Source: a virus. Taken from it: a stretch of 64,000 bases of DNA. Positions 17,008-26,982 of the stretch are shown piece after piece. The translations under genes were made by a program, and so were the position numbers. The stretch's first letter is position 1, and each line of letters starts with the position of its first letter. The stretch lies in the IMG/VR virus record IMGVR_UViG_3300035670_000030, positions 32,001-96,000 of that record; one strand, given 5' to 3'. The notes beneath the pieces are model-generated. The model worked only from the letters and a program-made list of their open reading frames with translations, ran no database searches and had not been told where the DNA came from.

Positions 17008-18035
17008 AAATAAGTAATATTACCAACTTGTTTTAGAGCATGGTTTATCATGCGAATATCATCTTTACTCACTGACTTCAAATTAGAAATTTCTTCCAAT
17101 GCTGGTTTAAAATATGGAGCATGTTCAAGAATAAAAGTTTTAAATTTATTATCACTAAAAAATAATGATGTGATACGTTCGTTATCAATTGTTGGCAAAA
17201 AGAATTTCATATAATCATCTTTTCTTTTGATAATAGGAAGGGCTGCTTGAAAGTTATTTTCGTCTTCAAAAAACTTTTGGGCTTTTTGTGCGTCTTTTGT
17301 TTTAAAAAGACTTTTGATTTTATCTTCAAGGCTACCAAGTTTAAGTGTCGCTACTAATTTTGTTGGATTTGTTTCGAGTGGTAAAACATCAAATACATCA
17401 CCACCCTCTTTATGAATTTCTAGAGCATAATCAAGCCTTCTTGGAGAAACAATTTTTTTAGCTTTGTCTGGAATTCCATTCCACCATTCAAGTGCAGATT
17501 TGGCCCAGTCTTTACCAAATTTATCTTCAAAATATTCGATATCTGGAATAAATGGAACTTTAATACGAATTTGAAAACGATCTATTTGAGCGCCATCAAG
17601 TTCTTCTACGTCATATTCTTCTTCATCATCACTTGGATTAATAGCTACCCAAACAACCTTAAGATTGGGAAATTTACGACCATTAATACTTTTAAATTGA
17701 ATAAGCTCCATTGTAGCATTACGAATTTTCTTATGGCTACGGTTATATTCATCAATAAAAATAGCTTCTACAGTATCATCTGACATTTTTTCCGGAAGAA
17801 CAAATGAAAGAACATAATCATTTCCTTTCTTAATTTCTTTGGGAACGCCTACAAAATCAACCCACGGATCAAGAGTTGATCCAGAAAAATAAAGCCAATT
17901 TTTACAATTTTTATTAAATATTTCTGTAATTAAACTTGTTTTACCAGTCCCATGACGACCTTCCAATAGGACATTTTTATTTAATTTAAAATAATGTTCT
18001 AATTTATTTTTAATTGTATTCAAATCATTTGCCAT
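17004..18035 (-). CDS. MoxR/AAA_5-type AAA+ ATPase
   Basis: GRHGTGKT, IFIDEYNR, VAINP, DRF, SPRR. Confidence 0.88.
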   Translation of the reverse strand: MANDLNTIKNKLEHYFKLNKNVLLEGRHGTGKTSLITEIFNKNCKNWLYFSGSTLDPWVDFVGVPKEIKKGNDYVLSFVLPEKMSDDTVEAIFIDEYNRSHKKIRNATMELIQFKSINGRKFPNLKVVWVAINPSDDEEEYDVEELDGAQIDRFQIRIKVPFIPDIEYFEDKFGKDWAKSALEWWNGIPDKAKKIVSPRRLDYALEIHKEGGDVFDVLPLETNPTKLVATLKLGSLEDKIKSLFKTKDAQKAQKFFEDENNFQAALPIIKRKDDYMKFFLPTIDNERITSLFFSDNKFKTFILEHAPYFKPALEEISNLKSVSKDDIRMINHALKQVGNITYF

Positions 18036-18077
18036 GACTTAATATTAAAATGATTTTATAAAAAAAACAAGAAACTT

Positions 18078-18371
18078 TTAAAGAAATTTATGCAAAAATT
18101 TATATAAGAAGCATGCGAATAAATGTGTGATTAATCCACAACAAATATTTGTTAAAAATATAATATTTAAGTCTAGAACTAAAGGATTGTATAAAAATGA
18201 AACAAATAAACCAATCCAAAAACTACTACATTCTGGACATAATAATGGTCTCCTAACGTATGGGATTTTGGCAACAAAATTTCTTATTGGTACAAAAATA
18301 TCCGCAAAACTCCACATGTATGAAAAACTTAGGCTAATACATATATAATATAGTAAATCAAAAAAGTACAT
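18078..18371 (-). CDS. DUF1360-like membrane protein with CxxC
   Basis: PLLCPECSSFWIG flanked by TM helices. Confidence 0.6.
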   Translation of the reverse strand: MYFFDLLYYICISLSFSYMWSFADIFVPIRNFVAKIPYVRRPLLCPECSSFWIGLFVSFLYNPLVLDLNIIFLTNICCGLITHLFACFLYKFLHKFL

Positions 18372-18375
18372 AATG

Positions 18376-18813
18376 TTATAAAAAGTAAATATGCAATTTA
18401 CCTTCTGGACTTATTGCTGTAGAAAAATTTCTAAATTGTGCGCGATCTTTATTAACAAAATCCATAAATTCTTTAAATTTTTCTTCTGTATTTTCAATTA
18501 CAAACATTTTTCCATAATAAGGTTTTGGAGTTAATGCGGCGTAATCAATATTTAAAACTGATTGTATTTTATCTAAGTTTTCTTTATTGGATAAATAATT
18601 ATTTAATAAATTTAAAGATTTATCTTTATTATTAAGTAGTTCTGTTTCAACTTTTTTTACACAACTACAATTTGGATTCGTAGATGCACTTTGAATATCT
18701 GCATAAATATTTGGAAATTCTGATTGTAAAATTGATTTAAAATCATCAGATATTCGAATCAGATTTAAAATAATTTTTTGAAAATATGCTTCTTTTTCTT
18801 TAGGGATACTCAT
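18376..18813 (-). CDS. hypothetical protein (NPNCSC motif)
   Basis: 145-aa ORF preceded by TTGAAT-17-TAATAT. Confidence 0.65.
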   Translation of the reverse strand: MSIPKEKEAYFQKIILNLIRISDDFKSILQSEFPNIYADIQSASTNPNCSCVKKVETELLNNKDKSLNLLNNYLSNKENLDKIQSVLNIDYAALTPKPYYGKMFVIENTEEKFKEFMDFVNKDRAQFRNFSTAISPEGKLHIYFL

Positions 18814-18839
18814 GTTATATATTAATTTATATATGGTAA

Positions 18840-20078
18840 TTATTCAAAATTTTTTAATTGATGAACTTTACATCCTTCGGGGATATAAGCTGTTGTTCCA
18901 TCATCGGTTAAAAACCAATTCCATTTTTTTCTCTGTTCTTCTGGAATTTGTGCGCCATACCCCCAACCATCTGTAAGAACCCATACAAATGGTTTTATTT
19001 TATGTTTATTATAGATAAAATCAGTAATACAACGAAAACTCGTTCCACCACCACCATCAAGTTTTTGTTTTTTTAAATCTACTTCGTATACCATTGTATC
19101 AAAAGCAAAATATTTCACATCAAATTTTTCTGGATCTAAACTTTTTGCCGCATGAAAAAATCGTGGAGCTAATCCCCAACATGAACCACTAGTATCCATA
19201 AAAAACCAAGTAGCAACTTTTTCGCTTTCTGTTTTTCTTAACGTCTGTTCAATATCAGATGGTAAAAAAATATTAAAATTAAGATTGTAAAGACGACGAT
19301 CTTTCATTATCCAGTGAGATTCTAGTCCTTCATCTTTAGACATTTTCTTTTCAAAACGTCTGATAATACTTTCCCATTTCTTTTTATATTGAGTTGGTTT
19401 ATTTTCAATTTTTTGAATTAGACCACCTTTAGTATTACCAATAGATTTATCGTCATTTTTTCGCGCATTTTTTTCAGCATCTTCGGTAATATTTTTAAGG
19501 CTTTCAGCTTCTTCTTCAGAAAGATTATTTATAATTTGTTGTACCGAATCTTCTGGAAAGTCTCCAAGACCACTATGATCATTAATAAGTTGTTTATTTT
19601 TTACAAACTTTGCATCTTTTAAAAGCCTATTATAATAATATTCAAAGTTATTCCATGGTAGAATATTCGGATCATTATCAAATGAATTATCCATCCAATA
19701 ATATTCAGTTTTAGGGTCTATTTCTTGGCGGTTAAATTTAAAATATTTAACAAGACTTTCATTAACAACAATATCCATTGCTTGATTAGCCAAATTTGAC
19801 ATCTTTTTGCCAGCACGTTTGCCATGAGAATTAATTACGTGAAGGCATTCATGAGCAATAATAAACTTTTTATTATGATCGCTTTGTTTGTCCCAAAACT
19901 TTTTATTAATTAAAAATTCAATGCAGTTACCTTCTTTATTAAATCCCACGCATGCAGTATCAATGGAATTGCTGAAAATAGGCTTAACCAAACGCCAAAA
20001 CTGATAAAATACTCCATGATGCTCAAGAAGCGACTCCAAAATTTGGCGGTATTCTTCATATGTAAGATTCTGGTTCAC
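18840..20078 (-). CDS. metallopeptidase-VWA domain protein (DUF2201-like), AAA partner
   Basis: IAHECLHV (HExxH), NQAMDIVVN, MIDAS DTSGS, GGGGTSF, LTDG. Confidence 0.85.
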   Translation of the reverse strand: MNQNLTYEEYRQILESLLEHHGVFYQFWRLVKPIFSNSIDTACVGFNKEGNCIEFLINKKFWDKQSDHNKKFIIAHECLHVINSHGKRAGKKMSNLANQAMDIVVNESLVKYFKFNRQEIDPKTEYYWMDNSFDNDPNILPWNNFEYYYNRLLKDAKFVKNKQLINDHSGLGDFPEDSVQQIINNLSEEEAESLKNITEDAEKNARKNDDKSIGNTKGGLIQKIENKPTQYKKKWESIIRRFEKKMSKDEGLESHWIMKDRRLYNLNFNIFLPSDIEQTLRKTESEKVATWFFMDTSGSCWGLAPRFFHAAKSLDPEKFDVKYFAFDTMVYEVDLKKQKLDGGGGTSFRCITDFIYNKHKIKPFVWVLTDGWGYGAQIPEEQRKKWNWFLTDDGTTAYIPEGCKVHQLKNFE

Positions 20079-20362
20079 AAAAATTCTTTTTCTGCAGCAT
20101 TTTTTAATTCTTCAGCATCTTGATAGTAACCAGCATTGGCCAAAATTTTAGGAGCAAATATGATCCAATGTTCTCCCTCGTCTTTCATTTTATTATGAAA
20201 TACTCTAAGTATTGCACCAAATTGGATAGAATCTTCTTCTGTTTTTAAAGACTCTAAAATTAGCTCTACTCCACGAGTTGCAATTTCGGAAGGGTCGGAG
20301 TCAATACTCGCTTTTATATTTTTTGACCAATCGACACCTTCTACTGTCCATGTTACTATCAT
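20075..20362 (-). CDS. hypothetical protein
   Basis: ORF preceded by TTGACT-17-TATCAT (20400-20372). Confidence 0.65.
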   Translation of the reverse strand: MIVTWTVEGVDWSKNIKASIDSDPSEIATRGVELILESLKTEEDSIQFGAILRVFHNKMKDEGEHWIIFAPKILANAGYYQDAEELKNAAEKEFL

Positions 20363-20406
20363 ATAATCAATATGATAGAACTTCTTTATTAATTAGTCAA
20401 TAAGAT

Positions 20407-21609
20407 TTACCAAGCCTTACAAGACCAATATCTTGCTTTCCATTTTGGTCCAGGATTATCGCAATTATGTCTTGCGCGAAAGCTTTTTCTTCTTTCTGGA
20501 ATATTCTTTTTAATCTTCATATTCGGGTCACCGAATCTTACAATTACAACATTACCACTCTCATTCTTTGTATATACCGCAAATTTTTTAGGACCGCCTG
20601 GGGTTCTAAATGGTTTATTCAGGGTGACTTTTCTACCTTGGTATTCAGCACCCTGAGCTTTTTTCCAAGCTTCTGGTGATGGACGATCTTTGTCTCCAGG
20701 TTTTGCTGGTTTATAATTTTTGCCTTCTCTTTGTTTTTTTCTTCTTATATTTTCCCAAAGACCAGGTCTTTCTTTAGCAATGTCAATTTCTACAACATCA
20801 CTTTCATCAAATGCAACTTCTTCTGCTGAAACGTACTCAGACTCCTCTGGAATATAAAGATTATCTACAGTAAGATCTTCTGCAGCGGCATCTACTTCAG
20901 ACTCTTCATAATCTTCGTTTTCTTCAACAAACATTACATAGTTATGTATAGTGAGCATGTAATCTTCAGTAATAGCAATTTTACCTTGTAACCAAGATTC
21001 GGTTAAATTTTCTTTAACCATGGGAGTCTCTAATGATTCTAAAATATTTTCGGCGTGTTTTTTAATAGAATTTAAAGAACCCACGGACATATTGAAAAAG
21101 TCTTGTTTATATTCTTCTAAAGATTCCGAAGCTTGAGCTTGTTCTTCCATTTTTTCTTCAACTTTTTCTTCAACCATTTTTTCGATCATTTTCTTTTGAA
21201 GAAAATTTGGATCCTGTTTCTTTTTTAGCTCATGTTGATCCATTTTTAATTTAATCATTGCTTCGGCCTCATTTCGATTTGTAAAACAATATTCTAATTT
21301 TGCTTCATCCTCTTCCATTTCTACAACTGCAAATGGACAGTCTTTATAATTTTCTACAATAATATATGATTTATCTGAAGCTATTAATTTATTATTATCA
21401 CACTCTTTACATTCAGAAATAATTAAAACTTCATTATCTCCTTCTCCAACTGAAGCTGTTGCGCTAGCTTTTGCTTTTTGCCATTGCGAATAACAAACTG
21501 CGACACGCTGTTTCGTATCTTTAAAATCTTTATTCATTGTTTCATTCCCAGCACAACGTGAAATAAAATCACCTTGTTTTTCATTCTTTTTCGGCATCGG
21601 TAAAGGCAT
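20407..21609 (-). CDS. multi-module putative head internal protein
   Basis: String of short modules (DFISRC; WLQGKI; GLWENIRRK; LNKPFRTPGGPKKF...RFGDPNM...ARYWSC) joined by acidic linkers; GTGTAA 16 nt upstream. Confidence 0.6.
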   Translation of the reverse strand: MPLPMPKKNEKQGDFISRCAGNETMNKDFKDTKQRVAVCYSQWQKAKASATASVGEGDNEVLIISECKECDNNKLIASDKSYIIVENYKDCPFAVVEMEEDEAKLEYCFTNRNEAEAMIKLKMDQHELKKKQDPNFLQKKMIEKMVEEKVEEKMEEQAQASESLEEYKQDFFNMSVGSLNSIKKHAENILESLETPMVKENLTESWLQGKIAITEDYMLTIHNYVMFVEENEDYEESEVDAAAEDLTVDNLYIPEESEYVSAEEVAFDESDVVEIDIAKERPGLWENIRRKKQREGKNYKPAKPGDKDRPSPEAWKKAQGAEYQGRKVTLNKPFRTPGGPKKFAVYTKNESGNVVIVRFGDPNMKIKKNIPERRKSFRARHNCDNPGPKWKARYWSCKAW

Positions 21610-21625
21610 AATATATAATTTACAC
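21610..21625 (-). promoter_or_regulatory. putative phage late promoter GTGTAA-AT-rich
   Basis: GTGTAAATTATATATT directly before ATG 21609. Confidence 0.55.
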
Positions 21626-21641
21626 CTAAGAATTTGATAAT

Positions 21642-24176
21642 TTACTTCAAATCTCTCATATTTTTGTATATTTTACAATCCTGTTTAACAATTTCATCGG
21701 CAAAAATAGCATCAGTTCCTTTAATACGACCTTTAACAATAACAATGTCGTTTTCTTCTGGGAATTGTCCACCATTCTTCGCTTTACAATCTTCAAAAAG
21801 ACCGAAGCGACCATCAAATAATAATACTGAAACTTTACCAGTATCATCAGATACAGTAGCTTTATAAAATTTATTGCCATTTCTAGACTTGGATTGTCTA
21901 GGCGTTTCGGTAATTTCACCAATAATCAAGACTCTATCGTTATCTTCTCGTGTCTCAAAAGCGTCTTTGATGGTAATGAAGTTATGATTACCCTGTTTAA
22001 AAATACTTGTAAGATTTTCACTATAACTAAATCCTAAACAGTTCTTTTCATAGAAGTAATTTGTAAGCGCAACATTACGACTATTTAATTCATAAATCTG
22101 ACGATAAGGTGCATATTTTTTCTTAAATGTCTCAAAACGAGACTCTTTGATTTGCTTTTTATCTACAAGTAATTGGATAATAGTAAGAATATTTTTATTT
22201 TCACCTTCATCATGTAACGTTTTAACAAGGCGTTTTTCTTTATCGGTCAGGATATTAAAAGCTTGTGCTTGCAATACCAAATGCGGTCTAGATGAACCAA
22301 GGTCATCCAATGCTCCAGCTTGAATTAATGCAGATAGAATACCAATATTTAATCCAGCTTGTTTAGCCGCTAAGAAGCAATCAATTTTATGATCATATTC
22401 ACCGCGAAATTTGATAAGTTTTTCGATTGAGCTATCTGAAACTCCTTTAATCGCGCTTAACCCATATCTAATATTTTCACCCTCTACAGTGAATCCTATA
22501 TCTGATTTCAACAAACTCGGCGGAAGCAATTTTATATTAAAATAAGGTAGCTCTCGCTCAATCTGTCTGATCTCATCCATTGGATCGGGAAGCTTTTGGA
22601 TTGCATTAAGACAAGCTGTAAAAAATTGAAGTGGATATTTATATTTAAGATAAACAGTCAAAGCCCCAAGATAGGCCACGCAATATGAGTGAGATTTATT
22701 AAATGAATAATCTGCAGAATCCAACATGACTTTCCAAATAGCTTCTGCCACTTGTTCTCCAAAACCATTTGTTTCACAAATTTCGAATACCTTATCTTTC
22801 CACTTTGGCATTTCATCACGTTTCTTTTTACCAATAATACGACGAATATATTCAGACTCGTCAGCAGTAAAACCGACTGTAACAAGAGCTTGAATTAATT
22901 GTTCTTGATAAAGAGGGAGATTACGTGTTTCTGCAAATACTGGAGCAAGTTTTTCATGTGGAGCTTCGCCACTAAAATTAATATAATCTTTTTCGTAAGC
23001 CAAAGCCCCAGGTCGGGCAATAGCATTTACGTCACTCAAATGTGCAATATTTGCTGGTCGAATATTTTTACAAACACGATAGGCACAATCAGCACTAATT
23101 TGATAAAGACCATATGGAAGTAAATCTTCGCGCTGAAGATGTGTATAAACTTCTTCGTTATCATCAAGATTAATGTCTTCAAATTTTTCTGGAATTAATT
23201 CAAATACATTTTTGATAATCTCATTACTAATAAGACCAAGAAGATCAAGTTTAATACCAAACTTGGCAGCAGTATTCATTTCATATGAAATAGTAAGCTC
23301 ACCCTCTTTATTAATTTCAACTGGCACAAATTTATCAAGTGGATAATAAGATAGAAAATATCCACTAGCATGTGTTGATTTACCACGAATAAGACCACGA
23401 AGTTTTAAGGCAATCTGATATGTTTCTGGATAACGATCAGCCCAATCACGAAATTTTTCACTATTTTTGTAAGAATCCTCAATATCCTCAACGACTCCGA
23501 AATGCTTTCCGATAGTATCTGCCAAGTGACTGGCATCTTCTTCAGAAGCTTCATTAACAATTTTATAAACATCTTTAACAAGAATCTTTCCAGAAAAAGT
23601 AGATACAGAAGAAATCTTACATACTTTATTTGGATAACATTTCTTTAACCATTCGATAATCTCATCACGCACTCCACCCAAATTAATATCAACATCTGGA
23701 GCAAGATCTCCTTGAATGTACGTTACGCCATCAATAACTTCTTTTTTAGCGCGAGTTTTTGAAATAAAACGCGTAAAGAAAAGGTTCTTATCAATTGGAT
23801 CAACACCAGTTACTCCAATCAAATAGAAAATAAGACTACCAGCCGCAGAACCACGACCCCAATCAATAAACGCCCCAAGCTGACGAGCCTTATTGATAAC
23901 ACGCCAGACAAGAAGAAAATAATCAATAAACCCTAAGTCTTTAACAATTTCAAATTCTTCTTTGATACGATCAAGATAAATTTTCTTTTTATGTTCGGGA
24001 ATTTTATCACGAAATTTTTTCCAGCCCTCATTAACAAGTTGCTGAAGAAACTGTTCATTACTTTCAGCTTTATCTGCAAGAACTCCTTTTTCTTCTTTTG
24101 TAAAAGAAATATTCGGCAACCTAACAAGGTTGACATTCTTCATTTCAATATTTTTAAATTGTTCTAAAAATTTCAT
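21642..24176 (-). CDS. dnaE: DNA polymerase III alpha subunit core (lacks PHP domain)
   Basis: GRGSAAGSL, PDVD, KLDLLGL catalytic motifs, YSFNKSHS, IRYGLSAIKGV HhH, C-terminal OB fold. Confidence 0.95.
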   Translation of the reverse strand: MKFLEQFKNIEMKNVNLVRLPNISFTKEEKGVLADKAESNEQFLQQLVNEGWKKFRDKIPEHKKKIYLDRIKEEFEIVKDLGFIDYFLLVWRVINKARQLGAFIDWGRGSAAGSLIFYLIGVTGVDPIDKNLFFTRFISKTRAKKEVIDGVTYIQGDLAPDVDINLGGVRDEIIEWLKKCYPNKVCKISSVSTFSGKILVKDVYKIVNEASEEDASHLADTIGKHFGVVEDIEDSYKNSEKFRDWADRYPETYQIALKLRGLIRGKSTHASGYFLSYYPLDKFVPVEINKEGELTISYEMNTAAKFGIKLDLLGLISNEIIKNVFELIPEKFEDINLDDNEEVYTHLQREDLLPYGLYQISADCAYRVCKNIRPANIAHLSDVNAIARPGALAYEKDYINFSGEAPHEKLAPVFAETRNLPLYQEQLIQALVTVGFTADESEYIRRIIGKKKRDEMPKWKDKVFEICETNGFGEQVAEAIWKVMLDSADYSFNKSHSYCVAYLGALTVYLKYKYPLQFFTACLNAIQKLPDPMDEIRQIERELPYFNIKLLPPSLLKSDIGFTVEGENIRYGLSAIKGVSDSSIEKLIKFRGEYDHKIDCFLAAKQAGLNIGILSALIQAGALDDLGSSRPHLVLQAQAFNILTDKEKRLVKTLHDEGENKNILTIIQLLVDKKQIKESRFETFKKKYAPYRQIYELNSRNVALTNYFYEKNCLGFSYSENLTSIFKQGNHNFITIKDAFETREDNDRVLIIGEITETPRQSKSRNGNKFYKATVSDDTGKVSVLLFDGRFGLFEDCKAKNGGQFPEENDIVIVKGRIKGTDAIFADEIVKQDCKIYKNMRDLK

Positions 24177-24805
24177 ATTTCGATTGTCAAAATTTGTTTC
24201 TTAAAAATCTCAAGACACTTTTCATTATCATAAACAGCATCATGTGCTTTCAGATCATTATATTCAATATCGTAAAGACCACAAAGATGTTTAACAGAGG
24301 TCTTCACTCCCTTTTTAACATAATGATACATTTGGTATTGCCAAGCAGTTCGATTTTCTGGAACTGTTTTCAATCCCATATATATACCTTTTTGAATACA
24401 TTGTATATCTAAAACACGATCAAGATATGAAAAATCTGATTTTAAACCTAAGATTCGGCGCAAAGTATTGATTACATAAATATCAAAACCAAAAAGATTT
24501 GCCCCAACAATAAGATACTCTGGATTATAGAGATAATTTTCAAAGAGTTGTAGAATTTCTTTCGGATCTTCAGATTTTTCTTTCCAATTATTGTAATCAA
24601 ATCTTGTAATTCTAGCTGCATCAGCAGAAATATTTAGGTCTTTCCAATAAAGCATATGATCTTCATTTTTTACAATTTTATGGTCCTCATATACTAACCA
24701 AGAAAGCTGCCAAGGCCGAGTTAAAGCCAAGGCCAAAGATTCTGTCTCAGTATCAAAAACAATATATTTTTGTTTTTTGTTAAAACGTAAAAGATTACTC
24801 TGCAT
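24173..24805 (-). CDS. DEDDh 3'-5' exonuclease (DnaQ-like)
   Basis: VFDTETE, GANLFGFD, HDAVYD; ATG at 24805. Confidence 0.88.
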   Translation of the reverse strand: MQSNLLRFNKKQKYIVFDTETESLALALTRPWQLSWLVYEDHKIVKNEDHMLYWKDLNISADAARITRFDYNNWKEKSEDPKEILQLFENYLYNPEYLIVGANLFGFDIYVINTLRRILGLKSDFSYLDRVLDIQCIQKGIYMGLKTVPENRTAWQYQMYHYVKKGVKTSVKHLCGLYDIEYNDLKAHDAVYDNEKCLEIFKKQILTIEI

Positions 24806-25547
24806 TTTCTTTCCAAGCCTCCATACAAAATTCTTGACTACCAAAATGTCTTAATTCTGGTTTTTGAAAAGTAGTTCTATTAAGAATACAACGATATGTC
24901 ATATAAGCCTTAAAATCTTTACGATCACGATAATAGATTGTTTTTGTAGGAATAATTTCATGATCTTTAATTGTTTCTTTAATATGGTTAATTAAAAGTC
25001 CATCGAAAGGCAATCCGTTATCTTCAGTAAAATAAGATGTGTCAGTAAAATCTAATTCGGGAACACATTGACGACCATACAAAAGATTGTAATAAACATA
25101 TGAATCATAAAACGGAACAACTAGCGCAAGATTCTTACTCCAGTTTTCCTTAAGAGTTTTAAAATCAAGTCTTGGGCGACTATTATAAATACCATCTGTT
25201 GTAGAAATATTATGAAGTTTAATTAAGTCTTTAAACGAACTTTGCGTTGCAAAAATAATAAATTTACTTTCAGTAATTTCTGATTCTGGAGTTTTATCTG
25301 TAATATCTCTACAAACGCTAACTCTATAGCCAAATCTTAAATTAAGATTTGCTTTCTTTGCATTCTCATATGCTTCAACAAGCCCTGTTAGAGTATTGTC
25401 TACAATAAATACATCTTGCAAACCGTAATCATTACAAATATCAAAAATAGAATCTGGTTGATTAGATAAACGATTTTCTTTATCTACTGGGGCTTCTAAT
25501 GTCAATACAGAAGTCAAAGAATAATTTGATCTAAAAATAGGTAGCAT
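24795..25547 (-). CDS. stand-alone PHP domain of DNA polymerase III alpha
   Basis: FRSNYSL, AYENAKK..LRFG, LIKL..STTDG..RPRLDF resemble the DnaE N-terminus; metal-binding His residues appear lost. Confidence 0.75.
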   Translation of the reverse strand: MLPIFRSNYSLTSVLTLEAPVDKENRLSNQPDSIFDICNDYGLQDVFIVDNTLTGLVEAYENAKKANLNLRFGYRVSVCRDITDKTPESEITESKFIIFATQSSFKDLIKLHNISTTDGIYNSRPRLDFKTLKENWSKNLALVVPFYDSYVYYNLLYGRQCVPELDFTDTSYFTEDNGLPFDGLLINHIKETIKDHEIIPTKTIYYRDRKDFKAYMTYRCILNRTTFQKPELRHFGSQEFCMEAWKENAE

Positions 25548-25555
25548 CAATTCGA

Positions 25556-25584
25556 AGAATACCAATACTTTTTTTAAAAGTCAA
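25556..25584 (-). promoter_or_regulatory. sigma70-type promoter TTGACT-17-TATTCT for the polymerase genes
   Basis: Extended TG motif; ATG 8 nt downstream. Confidence 0.5.
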
Positions 25585-26563
25585 AATCATTATTTGATTT
25601 TTTCCAGGCTGGACATCCAGAATATTCTCTTATCTCAATACGATACTCTGGCTTTAAATCTTTTTCTTTAAATTCTTCATTTGCAAAAATTGATTTAATA
25701 ATTTTACCGTCTTTATCTATAAGTACTTTGTATTGAAATGGGTCTAAATATGGACAACGCCATCCAGATTTTGTTTGACACATCCATTTTTTGCTAAATT
25801 GATTGGCAGCAAAATTAGAACGAGCTTTCTTCTCATCAAAATTTTTAAGATATTCACTAATATATTCAAGATAGTGCTCAAATCCAATTAGCTCTTCTTC
25901 ACTAAAATGTGGACATTCACGTTCTGGGTCGTCTGGGTATCTTAAAAATAAGAATCGTACTAAAATATCTTTTTGTTTTTTATATTTCTTACGAAGAGCA
26001 AGTGAATACATCATACCCTGCAAATTGCTTTCTAGTTCCTCGCCTTTAAAAGCTTTCTTGCTAGATTTAAAATCTCTAATGATCATCTGCTTTTTATCTT
26101 TAAAAATTCTGTCAACAAATCCGCCAATTCGATACTTTGGTTCTTTATTAGTAATATCAAACTCCCATTCCGAACCAATAAGTTTATAATCTCCAATAAA
26201 ATCAAATTTTAATCCCACAAGAATCATTTCATCTATACATTTAAGATTAGTAATTTCTGTACCACTTTTCTTTAGTGGCGGAACCATTTCATCTAGATCC
26301 AGTCCTTCACGTTTAGCGGCCTTCATAATTAATCTAAAAATCGCTTTGTGCTTCAGACATGTTCTGTTTTTTACAATTTGTTTAACGTAATGCTCGTGGC
26401 GAGGATTAGCTAATACTTCAAAGATTAAATGTGCTACTGTCCCACGCATAGCCCCAGAATTGTTTTTCTGTGGCAATTTAAGATTATAATTGCAATAGTA
26501 CATCCAAGAACATGATTGTAATGTCTTGATTCTACTAGCTGATAATTTGACTAACTCACTCAT
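25574..26563 (-). CDS. PD-(D/E)xK nuclease, AddB/Cas4-like exonuclease
   Basis: LSASRIKT..C, RGTVAH, GFVDRI, IRDFKSS, QGMMY, C-terminal cysteines. Confidence 0.85.
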   Translation of the reverse strand: MSELVKLSASRIKTLQSCSWMYYCNYNLKLPQKNNSGAMRGTVAHLIFEVLANPRHEHYVKQIVKNRTCLKHKAIFRLIMKAAKREGLDLDEMVPPLKKSGTEITNLKCIDEMILVGLKFDFIGDYKLIGSEWEFDITNKEPKYRIGGFVDRIFKDKKQMIIRDFKSSKKAFKGEELESNLQGMMYSLALRKKYKKQKDILVRFLFLRYPDDPERECPHFSEEELIGFEHYLEYISEYLKNFDEKKARSNFAANQFSKKWMCQTKSGWRCPYLDPFQYKVLIDKDGKIIKSIFANEEFKEKDLKPEYRIEIREYSGCPAWKKSNNDFDF

Positions 26564-26982
26564 AAAGGATATGTTGGATCTACTTGGCGGCAAGATATTC
26601 CATAAAATTTAAAAATATCTATAGACTTTGTATCTCTATTATAAATATCTTTAAAAATAACATGTTTAATTCCATAAGCTGCTATATTTGTAGCACATGA
26701 GGAACATGGTAAAAGAGTACAAGCCAAGAGTTTACCTTCACCCATTTTGATTCTTGCTAAAGCATTACTTTCCGCATGAATCATGTACGGTCTTCTTGCG
26801 TCACGATCTTTCCAAAATTCTTGAGTTACATTTACTCCGGCAGCAAGCCCATTATAAGCAACCGCAAGAACTTCGTTATGGTGACCTAACACACATGCGC
26901 CAACTTGTTGATACGGATCTTCTGATCGGCGCATTGCAATAGCTGCTAAATTCATAGCATGTTCTTCCCAAGTACTTCTCAT
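26560..26982 (-). CDS. dCMP deaminase
   Basis: RSED...VGAC, HAESNA, PCSSC. Confidence 0.92.
   Translation of the reverse strand: MRSTWEEHAMNLAAIAMRRSEDPYQQVGACVLGHHNEVLAVAYNGLAAGVNVTQEFWKDRDARRPYMIHAESNALARIKMGEGKLLACTLLPCSSCATNIAAYGIKHVIFKDIYNRDTKSIDIFKFYGISCRQVDPTYPL

Noticed and set aside
25574-26563. Cas4 as part of a CRISPR system
   Set aside because: No array or other cas genes; sits in the replication module like typical phage exonucleases
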